Counted from the whole stretch's first letter, positions 12,457 through 26,990 are shown. The stretch: 63,662 nt of DNA, filler included, from Octopus bimaculoides (GCF_001194135.2; 5 parts of 5 records of this genome joined end to end with filler, not necessarily neighbours in it), one strand, 5' to 3'. Made by a program: numbers and translations. Notes: a model not told the origin generated them from the sequence alone.

Positions 12457-13599
12457 TTTTTGTTTTTTATCTTTTTACTTGTTTCAGTCGTTAGACTGTG
12501 GCCATGCTGGGGCACTGCCTTAAAGAATTTGTAGTCAAATGTATAGACCCCAGTAATTTTTTTTTTAAGCCTGGTACTTATTCTGTTGATCTCTTTCACT
12601 GACCACTAAGTTACAGGGACATAAACACACCAACACTGGATGTCAAGTGGTAGAGGAGGGGGAGAAACCCAGATACACATACATAGATATATACATGATC
12701 ATGATGATAATGATGATCATCGTTTAATGTCCATCTTCCATGTGTGGATGGGTAGGATGGTTGACAGGAGCTGGCCAAGTAGAAAAACTACCCTAGGCTG
12801 CTGTGTTTGTTTTGATGGATTTTATGGCTGGATGCCCATCCTAAGACTAACCACTCCACAGAGTGGACTCAGTGCTTTTTACATGGCACTAGCATGATTT
12901 TTACAGCTGGATGCCTTTCCAAACAGCAACCACTGGCAGGGTAGCTAAGTAATTCACAAGAGAAGGAATTATGAGAGGGGCAGAGGCATTTGAGGATGGT
13001 GGGGACTTGTGTCAGAGGATGAAAGGTTAGAGTGTGACAAAAAGACAGAGAGACAGAAGCAGGTGTCTTTCCACAACAAAGGGAACATTAGATAAAGTGA
13101 TCCAGTATCAAATGATGTAAGGTTAGAGTGTAACAGAGAAATAGAGAGGCAGAAATAGGTGTCTTGCTATACAGGAAGTACTCGGTTACCTAGTGTGAGA
13201 GAGAGAGAGAAAGAGGGGCCAGAAACAAGTGTGCTGATGTAAAGGAGATTCTTGGTTACCTAGTCAGAGGAAAAGCAAGAGAAGGAGAGAGAGAGTGAGT
13301 GACCAAGGGAAAGAGAGAGACAGTAAGAAACAGCAAAAGTATGAGAGAAGAAAAGAGATGGTGTAGTGTTAGGGTATACTCACAAGTAAAAAGAATATGA
13401 GCATAGAACCTGGGTAGAAATAATAGGGAGCGGATGTTGCGGGTGGGGGAGCAGCAATACAGTGAGCAGGGTACTGAGGGCAAGAAAGGAGATTGGAAAA
13501 CAATCATAGTTTATGAAGAGGAAATGTGAAGAAGAGAAAAATGCAGTTAGAAGAGAAGTTGTAGTTTAGTTTCTTAGGGTAGTGTGTTGTTATTTGTGT

Positions 13600-15480
13600 G
13601 GGACACAACTCTTCTAGCACTCAGTTTCATGGACAGGTCTTCTCTAGAACCTCATATTGCCAAACATCTCAGTCCGCTGTCATTTCCTCCGTGAGCCCCA
13701 ACATCCTAAGATCAGTCCTCACCACTTCATGCCATGTCTTCCTGGGTCTCCCACTTCCACAGGTACCATCCCTTTCAGTGACAGGTGCTTCTGTATACAA
13801 CTGTCTTCACTCAAAAGCATCACATGTCCAAACCAATGCAATCTCTTCTCCTGCACACCACATTTAATCCCTCTTATGCCCAACTTTTCTCTTAATACAG
13901 CTGTGCTATGTCAGTCATCCACACTGATGTTGCAAATCCAACAGAGCATACTGCCTTCATTCCTCTCCAGTCTATGCATATCTTCCGCAGTCAGAGCCCA
14001 TGTCTCACTACCATGTAACATAGCCATTCTCACACAAGCATCATACAATCTACTTTGCCCTCTGAGAGAGAGTTCTTTTTGCTGCCAACAGAGGTAGTAC
14101 TTCTCAGAAATTCTTCCATCCTATTCTTATTCTAGAAACAATACTTTCAGAGCATCCACCACCATTACTAAATTTGGTCACCTAAATAGCAGTAACTATC
14201 TACTACTTCAAGAGAGCCTCATGGGCATTTGAAAGAGTTTAAGTCCCTTGTGCTCTTAGCACTTATTGTTCCTGCGCGTCTACCACACATGAAAGCTACC
14301 TTATCTGATAGCTGACCCATGATTCTACTGCATCTCTTATGCGTCCATAGCTTACACTTGATGCAGCAATTGAAATTATCTCCCACTCCTTTCCTACATG
14401 TTGAGCAGGGCCAGCTGCTCAACATGTTGACCAGCTGGAATGAGAGTTTTATCTCCCTTCTCACTAACAACAATTTTGTCTTAGCTAAGTTAACTTTAAG
14501 GCCCTTCAATTCCAGGTTTTGCTTCCAAATCCGGAATTTCTTCTCCAACTCTGCTACAGATTTTGCAATAAGAGCAAGATCATCAGCATATAATAGTTCC
14601 CATGGGCATCCAGTTTTAAATTCATCTGTTATGGCCTGGAGAACTATGATGAATAGGAGTGGACAAAGAACTGATCCCTGGTATACTTCAACTTCTACAT
14701 TAAATTCATTACAGTATTCAAGGTCAACTCTCACCTTACTGACAGCATTGCTATACATGGCTTGAACTGCTCTAACAAGCCACCACTCTACTCCTAGCTT
14801 CCTTAGAGACCACCAAATAAGAGAGTGGAGAATCCTGTCGAAAGCTTTCTCCAGGTTGACAAAGGCTAAGTACAATGGCTTACTTTTGGCCAAATACTTT
14901 TCTTGCAACTGTCTCACTAGGAAGATGGCATCTGTGGTACTTCTCCCAGGAACAAAACCAAACTTATCTCATCTAGTTTAATTCTATCCCTAATCAGTTG
15001 AGATATAACCCTAATTTTCATGACCTGGTCCAGCAGTTTGATACCTCTGTAGTTGTTTCTATCTTTACCTTTATAGCATTTGACTATAATACTGCTGCAC
15101 CAGACTTTGGAGATGATGCCTTTCTGAATAACCTGATTAACTATAATGATGGTGTGGACTTGCTAGACCTGGTTGTGAAAATTACATAGAGAGTTATATC
15201 TCAACTAATTAGGGATAGAATTAAACTAGATGAGATGCAGTTTGGTTTTGTACCACAGATGCTATCATCATCATACATTTTAATCATCTTAGCAGTGATA
15301 CCCAATGGTCCAGGGGCTTTCCCAGTTTTCATTTTCTTAATTGCCTTATCTATTATACTGATATCAGCTCAGATGGCTGGTACCTGAATTGGTTCAATAT
15401 TTGAAAGACTTTCCTTCTCCCAATCATTCTCTACATTTAACAACCTTTCATAATGGTATCTCCACATCTTTTTCTCTGAG
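13600..15480 (-). mobile_element. RTE LINE 3' half (linker, RT, C-terminus) with an internal inversion
   Basis: ORF 14219-14917: [26 protein letters not shown]...QGSVLCPLLF...ELLYADDLAL. Upstream KAIKKMKTGKAPGPLGIT at 15270-15350. Confidence 0.9.
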
Positions 15481-16525
15481 TCATTTAAAACTAGAAGTGG
15501 TTGATAGTTTCCATTACCTAGGTAACCAAGTCAGTAGTTGGAGTGGATGCTATGAGAGTGTAGCCGCTAGAATAAGAATAGCCTGGGCAAAGTTCAGAGA
15601 GCTCTTACCTCTGCTGGTGAGAAAGGGACTCTCGCTCAGAGTAAAAGACAGACTGTATGACGCATGTGTACGAACAGCCATGCTACATGGCAGTGAAACA
15701 TGGGCCGTGACTGCTAAGGACATGCGTAAGCTTGCAAGGAATGAAGCTAGTATGTTCTGCTGGATGTGTAATGTCAGTGGGCATACATGACAGAGTGTAA
15801 GCACCCTGAGAGAAAAGTTGGACCTAAGAAGCATCAGATGTGGTGTGCAAGAGAGACGACTGCGCTGATATGGTCATGAGTTGTGTATGGATGAGGACAG
15901 CTGTGTGAAAAAGTGTCACACCCTAGCAGTAGAGGGAACCTGTGGAAGAGGTAGACACATGAAGATCTGGGATGAGGTGGTGAAGCACAGCCTTCGAACA
16001 TTGGGCCTCATAGGAGAAATATCAAGGTATCAAGACCTTTGGAGATATGTTGTGCTTGAGAAGACCTGGCAAGCCAAGTGAGACCATAACCGTGGCCTAT
16101 TGCCAGTGCAGCATAACCAGTCCATTTAAGAGTACGCTTCAATCATTGGGCAATAAACTGCGCTTGCAAAGACTTGTTGAGTCAAGTGAATTCATTGTCG
16201 TGGCCGACGACAGTACCGCCTGATTGGCACCTGTGCCAGTAGCACATAAAAAGCATCATTCAATGGTGGTCGATGCCAGTGCTGCCTGACTGGCTCCCAT
16301 GCCAGTGACACATAAAAAGCACTATTCAAGCATGGTCGATGTCAGTACTACCTGACTGGTCCTCATGCCTGAGTGGTTGGCATTAGGAAGGGCATCCAGC
16401 TGTAGAAACTGTCAGATCAAATTGGAGCTTGGTGCAGCCTTCTGGCTTGTGGCCCTCAGTCAAACCGTCCAACCCATGCCAGCATGGAAAGCAGACATTA
16501 AACGATGACAGTGATGATAATGATG
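15481..16525 (+). mobile_element. RTE LINE 3' end with 3'UTR and (GAT)n tail
   Basis: LEVVDSFHYLG...RIAWAKFRELLPLL...AMLHGSETWAV...EGTCGRGR..W..VLEKTWQAK*, then the tail GGAAAGCAGACATTAAACGATGAC. Confidence 0.9.
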
Positions 16526-17248
16526 ACTAAGCGCAAGCATACCATTATCCATTCGCATACATTTCTCACCTTCCGCATCTCTGTTCTCTCTGATACACTG
16601 CTTTGCAATCCTGAACACCTCATGCCTCTGATCCTTGTGCTGTAGAACATTAGCAAACTTCTTACCTTCTGTTATTCCTTTTGCTATGTAGACTTGACGC
16701 CCAGCCTCCCTTCAGGCTCCCTGGTATAATGCTTTACTTCCACCATTTTCCCAGTCGTTCCAGGCCTGTGTCTTTGTTTTTATAACACTGTCCACCTTGT
16801 TTCACCACCAAGTCACCCTCAGCCTTTGCATCAACCACAGATTTGGTCAGCAGCACTCAGTAAATTGTCCCGCAGGAATTTCCAGTTGTCCTCAGATCTA
16901 TATGTCCCTTCTTTCTCCTCTGGGACATATATATACATATATGACAGACCCACAAGGCTTTGATCAGCCCAAGGCCATAGTAGAAGATACTTGCCTAAGG
17001 TGCCATGCAGTAGGACTCAACCCAAAACTGTGTGGTTAGAAAGCAAACTTCATATTTATTTACTGCCCACAAGGGGCTACACATAGAGGGGACAAACAAG
17101 GACAGACAAATGGATTAAGTCAATTATATCGACTCCAGTGCGTAACTGGTACTTATTTAATCGACCCCGAAAGGATGAAAGGCAAAGTCGACCTCGGCGG
17201 AATTTGAACTCAGAACGTAAAGACAGATGAAACACCGCACAGCATTTC

Positions 17249-17348
17249 NNNNNNNNNNNNNNNNNNNNNNNNNNNNNNNNNNNNNNNNNNNNTTAATTAA
17301 TTAANNNNNNNNNNNNNNNNNNNNNNNNNNNNNNNNNNNNNNNNNNNN
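17249..17348. other. Assembly gap with TTAATTAATTAA filler (also at 25760, 50386, 61851)
   Basis: The identical 12-mer sits in the middle of about 100-nt N runs four times. Confidence 0.9.
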
Positions 17349-20300
17349 GGACAAGCACAGCCACAAACATATACATATATATATACGACGGGCTTCTTTC
17401 AGTTTCTGTCTACCAAATCCACTCACAAGGCTTTGGTCGGCCCGAGGCTGTAGTAGAAGACACTTGCCCAAGGTGCCACGCAGTGGGACTGAACCCAGAA
17501 CCATGTGGTTGGTAAGCAAGCTAATTACCACACAGCCACTCCTGTGCCTATATTCAACATTGTAAGCTAATGTTCATTACTTACTTTCGCAGATATCACA
17601 CTAATCCCTAACATTCAAGCCGAGAATAACGTTCATCCAAAAACAAATGGGCAGTCCGTAAAGGTCCCTTCATTGGTTTTTGAAACTGTACTACCTACCA
17701 ACAATAGAATGGCTTCCTTTTAATCACTTGGATATGCTAATTCAATCCCTACTAAGAACTCAGTTCTCTACAGTGTTTGGGGTTCTCTGATTCAACTGTC
17801 TCTCATTTACTCCTATATTTGGTTTGTTTTATTAAGTGCTCTGAATAGGGTCACTGTTTTGATATTTTGTGGGTAAAGAATTATGGTCTACTCATTAGCA
17901 TTTAATGCCCATCTTCTCAGCCTGCAAGGTTTGGACAGTTTGACAGGAGCTGGCAGTCCAGAAGACTGCATCAAGCGCCAATGGTTTTGGGTTCAGTCTC
18001 ACTGTGTGGTTCTTTGGACAAGTCTCTTCTATATAGCCCCAGGCCATCAAATGCCCCAGAGTATTTGGTTGATTGAAACTGAGGATGTGTGTGTGTGCAC
18101 CCATGTCTTAGTGATTTGGCAAAAAAAGAAAAAAAAACTAGAATAAATATCAGGCTTTAAAAAAAAATTACTAAGGTTGATTTGTTCAACTGAACATTTC
18201 AAGGTGGTGCTCCAGCATGTCTGTAGTCTTATGATTAAACCAAGTAAAAAAAAAAAATAAAGACATGCTGTCAAGAAATTAATTCTGAATTTGGTAGTTG
18301 TTATCCCTGCTTGCTTTTTGCTTTGGTAGTTAAACATTGCCAGGTTTATTTCTTTATCTGATTCCCAGTGGATTGTTATAATTGTGTGTTTAACCTTTAA
18401 CATTCAGATTCCATCGAATGTAACACTTATTTATTTGCATTGTTTTGAATGAATCAGCAGCATTTGAGTGTGATCGTTACCAGTGTCGCCTTACTGGCAC
18501 TTGTGCCGGTGGCATGTTAGAAAATCATTCAAGCTGGGTCGTTGCCAGTGCCGCTGGACTGGCTCCTGTGCAGGTGGCACGTAAAAAACACCATTTTGAG
18601 CATGGCACGTAAAATCATCCACTACACTCTTGGAGTAGTTGGCGTTAGGAAGGGCATCCAGCTGTAGAAAGTCTGCCAGATCAGATTGGAACCTGGTGCA
18701 GCCATCCGGTTCACCAGTTCTCAGTCAAATCGTCCAACCCATGCTAGCATGGAAAGCGGACGTTAAACGATGATGATGATGATGATGATTTTAGTTAGGA
18801 AATATTTTACAAATTTAGGTTTCTGAATTTTTTTGCAAGATTCATGATTAGAAAACGTATGTTGAAACAGATATTGTTAACTCGGAGATGGTCACAAACG
18901 TATAAACTAAAAATACAAATAAAAACTAAAGTGAAGATCGATTAAATAGTGTTTAACTGGCATAAAAAATAACCATCCCCAAGTATAGCAATATTTAGAT
19001 TTTGATTAGATGTTCTACATGTAAGACTGACAGAAGGAGAATTTAAGAGAGAGAAATGATGCAAAAAGTAAAGATTATAGGCCACACAGTCAAGACAATA
19101 AATGATTGAGAAGACAGAGAGATTGAGAAATAGGAGAGAGAAGCAAGACAGACAAACCGAAGGATAAACTGAGAAAGAGACAGAGAGAGAGAGAGGAGGA
19201 GTAAAGCTGTGNNNNNNNNNNNNNNNNNNNNNNNNNNNNNNNNNNNNNNNNNNNNNNNNNNNNNNNNNNNNNNNNNNNNNNNNNNNNNNNNNNNNNNNNN
19301 NNNNNNNNNNNNNNNNNNNNNNNNNNNNNNNNNNNNNNNNNNNNNNNNNNNNNNNNNNNNNNNNNNNNNNNNNNNNNNNNNNNNNNNNNNNNNNNNNNNN
19401 NNNNNNNNNNNNNNNNNNNNNNNNNNNNNNNNNNNNNNNNNNNNNNNNNNNNNNNNNNNNNNNNNNNNNNNNNNNNNNNNNNNNNNNNNNNNNNNNNNNN
19501 NNNNNNNNNNNNNNNNNNNNNNNNNNNNNNNNNNNNNNNNNNNNNNNNNNNNNNNNNNNNNNNNNNNNNNNNNNNNNNNNNNNNNNNNNNNNNNNNNNNN
19601 NNNNNNNNNNNNNNNNNNNNNNNNNNNNNNNNNNNNNNNNNNNNNNNNNNNNNNNNNNNNNNNNNNNNNNNNNNNNNNNNNNNNNNNNNNNNNNNNNNNN
19701 NNNNNNNNNNNATGGTGGTGATGAAGTGGGCGTTCAAAGTACAAGAATGAATAGGGTAGAGGGATAGTGAAAGGGTGAACAGATGGAAAGTAGGCAACCT
19801 GTAATGATATAATCTGTAAGGTCACAGAGAGGGAGAGGTGGAATAGGAAGTGAGTGAGAATTCAAAGCAGCAGAATGATAATACAGTAGACAGGAGAAGG
19901 ACAACAAAAGTGACATGATGTTGGATAATTTGCAGGAACAGGTGGGTAAGAGTGGGGGAGGCATAATGAAAGACATACAAACATAGTGAATAAATGATTT
20001 TTATTAGAAATATTACAGTAGTAAGTGACACACTTATGTTGAAATAGTTGTAGTTATATGTAAAATAGCATTATATTTTCTTTCCTTTGTGAATACATTG
20101 ATGATTTTAAAGTTATCATAGAATGAACATTGACAAAAAGTGTATCTTGGTTTTACAGCACATGTATGGCATGCCTATGTAATGTAAAAGGTGATTAAAC
20201 GGCTGGCATAAGGAAAAGCATTTAGCTTTAAAAGATCATTTCAAAATGGGGAAACAAAATGAGATTGCTTATTAGGTAAAGTTGAGGGTATCGCTTCAGC

Positions 20301-20364
20301 AAATAAAAAACGGTCTTGAGAGGTTTATTGTTGTGTGAGGTAATGAACTTGGACAATAATACAG

Positions 20365-20747
20365 TTACACTTCCAAGTGAATAGCTAAATGGAGAGCTAA
20401 CTCACTTTTGTTAGAGAATAAATTCCCACAGATATGCAAATGCTGTGACTTTTCTCCTGTCTGAATACATTTGTGAGTACGAAAAATGTTTGTTTGAAAA
20501 GATGATATACCATAAAACTCAGTGATATATTTTTTCTCTTGCATATATGAGTAGTTAAATTAAACCTTGAAGTGAATGATTTACCACAGATATCACAGAT
20601 GTATTGTTGTCTTCTATGAAAACGTTTGTGACTATCTAAGGAATTTAAATGAAAGAATGATTTACCACAGATATCATACTAATATAGCTTCTCTGTATGA
20701 ATGTGTTTATGCTCATTCAAGTAAGTACTCACAGAGAATGATTCACC
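20365..20747 (-). pseudogene. Degenerate 3' continuation of the zinc-finger array beyond the stop
   Basis: The stop replaces the second Cys (QCKT*GESFSVSTYLNEHKHIH). About four more decayed fingers follow ([58 protein letters not shown]), ending at TAA 20365-20367. Confidence 0.75.
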
Positions 20748-21969
20748 TCAGGTTTTGCACTGATATGGTCTTTCTCCTGTATGAGTACATTTATGTGTAG
20801 TCAAGTGACGAGATTCAGGGAATGATTTACCACAAACATCACAGGGATATGGTTTCTCACCAGTATGAATACGTTTATGTTTAGTCAAATGAGCACTTTG
20901 AGAAAATGATTTATCACAGATATCACAGTGATATGGTTTTTCTCCTGTATGAGTACGTTTGTGTTGACTTAAATGACCAGTTTGAGAAAATGATTTACCA
21001 CAGATATCACAGTGATATGGCTTCTCATCAGTATGAATGCGTTTATGGTTAGTCAAATAAGTATTTAAAGAAAATGATTTATCACAGATATCACAGTGAT
21101 ATGGTTTTTCTCCTGTATGAGTACGTTTGTGTTGAATTAAATGACCAGTTTGAAAAAATGATTTACCACAGATATCACAGTGGAATGGCTTCTCTCCTGT
21201 ATGAGTACTTTTATGTGTAGTCAAGTGACCAGATTCAGAGAATGATTTACCACAGACGTCACAGTGATACGGCCTCTCACCAGTATGAATGCGTTTATGT
21301 ATAGTGAGACCATTATTTGTAGAGAATGAATTACCACAGATATTGCACTGATATGCTTTTTCTCCTGTATGAGTACGTTTATGTTTAGTCAAGTGACCAG
21401 ATTCAGGAAATGATTTACCACAGATATCACAGTGATATGGTTTTTCTCCTGTATGAGTACGTTTATGTCTAGTCAAGTGAGCAGATTCAGAGAATGCTTT
21501 ACCACAGGTGTCACAGTGATATGGTTTTTCTCCTGTATGAGTACGTTTGTGCTTAGTCAAGTATTCAATTCTAGAGAATGATGCACCACAGATATCACAA
21601 TGATATGGCTTTTCACCTGTATGAATGCGAATATGTCTGGTTAAGTGGCGAGTAGTAGTGAATAATTTACCACAGATATCACAGTGATATGGCTTCTCAC
21701 TTGCATGAACATGTTTGTGTGTAGAGATACCATCCTTTCTAGAGACTGATTCACCAGAGAGACCACAGTGATAAGGCTTCTCTCCTGTATGAGTATGTTT
21801 ATGTCTAGTCAAGTGACCAGATTCAGAGAATGATTTACCACAGATGTCACAGTGATATGGCTTCTCTCCTGTATGAGTACGTTTATGTGTAGTCAAGGGA
21901 CCAGATCCAGAGAATGATTTACCACAGATGTCACAGTGATATGGTTTTTCTCCTGTATGAAAACGCCTG

Positions 21970-22640
<671 letters not shown>

Positions 22641-24322
22641 CTGAAACAACAGAGAAACAACAGTATAAGATATAGAGGAATCCAAGTGAACTTTACTTTT
22701 CAATTTTTCTTTATTATAATTACATCACACACCATAGTTTAAAACCTATATCTTATACATGTATGTCCAGCAATCAAACACACTACCTTATGGTTGCGAG
22801 CCAGATGCTCTAACCATTGAGCCATTCACTGTACGTACACAAATGAAATACATTCTACATCTTAATGATTTCGATTTCTTAGTAAAAGAGGAAACAAGTC
22901 CTACTTCAGAACCTACATCATGGTACTCATTGTAAATACAACACAGAAGGTATACATCTTCATANNNNNNNNNNNNNNNNNNNNNNNNNNNNNNNNNNNN
23001 NNNNNNNNNNNNNNNNNNNNNNNNNNNNNNNNNNNNNNNNNNNNNNNNNNNNNNNNNNNNNNNNNNNNNNNNNNNNNNNNNNNNNNNNNNNNNNNNNNNN
23101 NNNNNNNNNNNNNNNNNNNNNNNNNNNNNNNNNNNNNNNNNNNNNNNNNNNNNNNNNNNNNNNNNNNNNNNNNNNNNNNNNNNNNNNNNNNNNNNNNNNN
23201 NNNNNNNNNNNNNNNNNNNNNNNNNNNNNNNNNNNNNNNNNNNNNNNNNNNNNNNNNNNNNNNNNNNNNNNNNNNNNNNNNNNNNNNNNNNNNNNNNNNN
23301 NNNNNNNNNNNNNNNNNNNNNNNNNNNNNNNNNNNNNNNNNNNNNNNNNNNNNNNNNNNNNNNNNNNNNNNNNNNNNNNNNNNNNNNNNNNNNNNNNNNN
23401 NNNNNNNNNNNNNNNNNNNNNNNNNNNNNNNNNNNNNNNNNNNNNNNNNNNNNNNNNNNNNNNNNNNNNNNNNNNNNNNNNNNNNNNNNNNNNNNNNNNN
23501 NNNNNNNNNNNNNNNNNNNNNNNNNNNNNNNNNNNNNNNNNNNNNNNNNNNNNNNNNNNNNNNNNNNNNNNNNNNNNNNNNNNNNNNNNNNNNNNNNNNN
23601 NNNNNNNNNNNNNNNNNNNNNNNNNNNNNNNNNNNNNNNNNNNNNNNNNNNNNNNNNNNNNNNNNNNNNNNNNNNNNNNNNNNNNNNNNNNNNNNNNNNN
23701 NNNNNNNNNNNNNNNNNNNNNNNNNNNNNNNNNNNNNNNNNNNNNNNNNNNNNNNNNNNNNNNNNNNNNNNNNNNNNNNNNNNNNNNNNNNNNNNNNNNN
23801 NNNNNNNNNNNNNNNNNNNNNNNNNNNNNNNNNNNNNNNNNNNNNNNNNNNNNNNNNNNNNNNNNNNNNNNNNNNNNNNNNNNNNNNNNNNNNNNNNNNN
23901 NNNNNNNNNNNNNNNNNNNNNNNNNNNNNNNNNNNNNNNNNNNNATTCGTTACACGATATTACCAATTTGCTTCGATACGGGGAAATAAAAAAAGAAACT
24001 TGGGAAATCCTGTGTCGATGTTATCAGGTAGAACCGGGTATGTTTTGTGTGTGTGTGTGTTGGTCATTCGGTGGTGTCTGTATTAATGATGTACACAAAT
24101 ATATGACAGGTTTACATTATACTGAAATACGCATAAAGCAAACACATGCGGACAAATATATTAAGATACTAAATGTTTGAAAATGATGAAAAAAAAATAC
24201 AATGAAGAGACAAAAGAAACAGTAGATATTTCTGTTTATTTAGAAACCAACAATGAAATTAACTATTTCTGTTTATTTAGAAAACTACAATGAACAGCTT
24301 AGACGCTAAACTATAAATTTTA

Positions 24323-25060
24323 CAGGGTACACCATTAAAGTCGACACCGCTCCGCTAAAGGTAGAAAATTATGCAACGCTATTGGCTAAAAATGGTTTAT
24401 TTATTTATTTGTTTTTTAAACCCATGTTTTCTCCAATTTTTTCCTCCACATCATACCTTCAAGGCAACGAGACTGGAAGGCTGACATTATTATAGCCAAT
24501 TTTCAGATTTTTTACTTTCTTTGAAAAACGGATATTTTACAAATGAAAAAAGAAATCAAATAAAAAAATTAATTAAAAAACTTCATACACCAACTCGTTT
24601 CTTTGTCTGTCAGCTCAGCTATCTTTCCTAACGTTGTTCACATCCGATACCTTTTCGAATTGTGAAACATAACTTTCTAATTTAGGAACAAGCCAATAAT
24701 TTTGAAGAACCTGGAATATATGCTCTAGAACATTTTTTCCAACGCTCTAATGATTCGGTCAACTTATCTCTCATCATTTTAAGCAAACAGAGAGATACGA
24801 GGGGAAATCAAACGTTAGCTGTTCTTTCACCAAATTTTTGTTTAAAAAAGATGTTACTTTTATGGTTGTATAGACCTTTATTACCCCAATTTTGTGTGAC
24901 ACAGTAAAGACAGCTGATCCTCTGGCAGTATGCACCAAGGAAGAACAGGGATCAATAGACCAATTTCGTTAGTCCAAAGGTGTGTTGGCAGATGAAATTC
25001 AGTGGTGGATCAAAAAATCTACTGCTAGACAAGCATAAACCACAAAGAGAAAGTTTGATC
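24323..25060 (+). mobile_element. Old Tc1/mariner remnants
   Basis: TA-CAGGGT.. (24323) and TA-CGAGGG.. (24797) TIR-type starts, plus a degenerate N-terminal stretch 'DQFR*SKGVLADEIQ'. Confidence 0.4.
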
Positions 25061-25278
25061 ACCAAAAGTTATCCTCTTGTCCACCTCTCATTCACTGCAT
25101 GATAACTTCTGATAGTTAGTATTTATATAAAATAATGCCAAATCTGTGAATCCTATGCTTAATTGATCGGATCAACAAATGACTTGGTTAGATGTTCTAC
25201 TTGTAAAAGTTTAAGAATAAACCAGACACAGAGAGAGAGAGAGAGAGAGAGAGGAGGAGTAAAGCTGTGAGAGCAAAA

Positions 25279-25715
25279 GAGATTACTCATTAGGTAAAGT
25301 TGAGGGTAAGAAATGCTTCAACAAATAAAAAATGGCCTTGAGAGGTTTATTGTTGTGTGAGGTAATGAACTTGGACAATAATACAGTTACACTTCCAAGT
25401 GAATAGCTAAATGGAGAGCTAACTCACTTTTGTTAGAGAATAAATTCCCACAGATATGCAAATGCTGTGACTTTTCTCCTGTCTGAATACATTTGTGAGT
25501 ACGAAAAATGTTTGTTTGAAAAGATGATATACCATAAAAGTCACAGTGATATGCTTTTTCTCCCACATAAACGCATATATGAGTAGTTAAATTAAACCTT
25601 GAAGTGAATGATTTACTACAGATATCAGATATATTGTTGTCTTCTATGAAAACGTTTGTGACTATCTAAGGAATTTGAATGAAAGATTTACCACATATAT
25701 CACATTGGTATGACC
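25279..25715 (-). pseudogene. Second (paralogous) copy of the ZNF 3' degenerate tail, cut by an assembly gap
   Basis: Near-identical to 20261-20690, including long exact stretches such as GAGAGGTTTATTGTTGTGTGAGGTAATGAACTTGGACAATAATACAGTTACACTTCCAAGTG. Confidence 0.85.
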
Positions 25716-26668
25716 NNNNNNNNNNNNNNNNNNNNNNNNNNNNNNNNNNNNNNNNNNNNTTAATTAATTAANNNNNNNNNNNNNNNNNNNNNNNNNNNNN
25801 NNNNNNNNNNNNNNNAAAAGCGCTATAATGGTGTATGCATAAGAGGAGGGGGATAAAAAAGAATTAGAAACAATAAAAGTTTGGCATATTGGAATGAAGT
25901 TTACTTAGAAATTAAAATAAAAATACTATCGGTATTCTTTCGCAATCTCCAAGTGAATGTACCGAAATAGGCACCCCTTAACCCCACCCAAATATTTCTT
26001 CGGATTGAGGTTTCCAACAACGGAGATTATGATTTTGCCAAATAACCCCACCTACAACGACAGCTTTTCTAACTTTTAAATCACATACCTCATTTTTTTT
26101 TAAAGAACAAAACTTTTTACTACTATTTTTTTTTTAGAAAATAAGGAGATTTGCGGTTTTGGTAAAACAATGTTTGAACTTTTTAATTACTATAATTTTT
26201 TTTTTTAATGGTGATTGTTTTATAACTTTCCACTTTCATTTTGTGATCGTAAAACGAAAGAATACCCTACCGCATAGTCCTTCATACACCGAAATACCTG
26301 AAGGACTTATTAACCTTACACACACAGCCTCCATATTGTAGAAGTTTAGTTCACTTTAATAATACTGAGACTGATTGGTTTTATATCTCGGAAGTTAAAA
26401 ACCCTATTTTATATTCGACATCATGAATTACAAAGATAAATAAAATAACTCGCATATATTAAGTGTAGTTAGCCAAGATAGTTAAACATCTGATTAAATA
26501 AGTTCAAATCCCGCTGTGGATTGATTCAGGTTTTCATGTTTCCGGTGTCAGTTAACACTAGTAGTATGAACACGTTGAGTTCACCTTAACCTGTTGTAAA
26601 AACAGCCAAAATCTCTCTCAAACCACACCTACCGCCTTGATGTGACCCTATATTATAGATACCGCTAG

Positions 26669-26990
26669 AGCAGGGGATCTCAACCATTCTTTACCTCTGG
26701 ACCCTTCTGATTTCTATTTTATTCAGATGGCCCCTCATAGCCATTCTGTGTTTAAAAACAAAACCTAATATATTTTTATGATTAAATATTATTAGGAACT
26801 ATTAAAAAATTGTTAAAATATTTTGAGTATTGTAGAAGTATAGCTAATTTATTGCACCTAAACTTTACCAAAAGGGTTACAATTGGCTAATGTAGCCCTA
26901 TATAATAAACAAGTCCAGAGGTGTATACTGAATATTAAATATTGTTAGTCCCATATAACACGAAGCCAGAAGAAAACAGACTGAATAACT
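26669..26990. mobile_element. Probable hAT-type non-autonomous element (decayed)
   Basis: CTAGAG-CAGGGGATCTCAACC start typical of Charlie-like termini; the right end is unclear. Confidence 0.4.

Noticed and set aside
13600-16525. Single twin-primed (5'-inverted) LINE insertion
   Set aside because: Both arms contain the same C-terminal coding region with different sequences, so they are two separate copies.
17293-17304. Recurrent TTAATTAATTAA palindrome (also 25760, 50386, 61851)
   Set aside because: Always centred in about 100-nt N runs and encodes stops in all frames, so it is a scaffolding filler, not biology.
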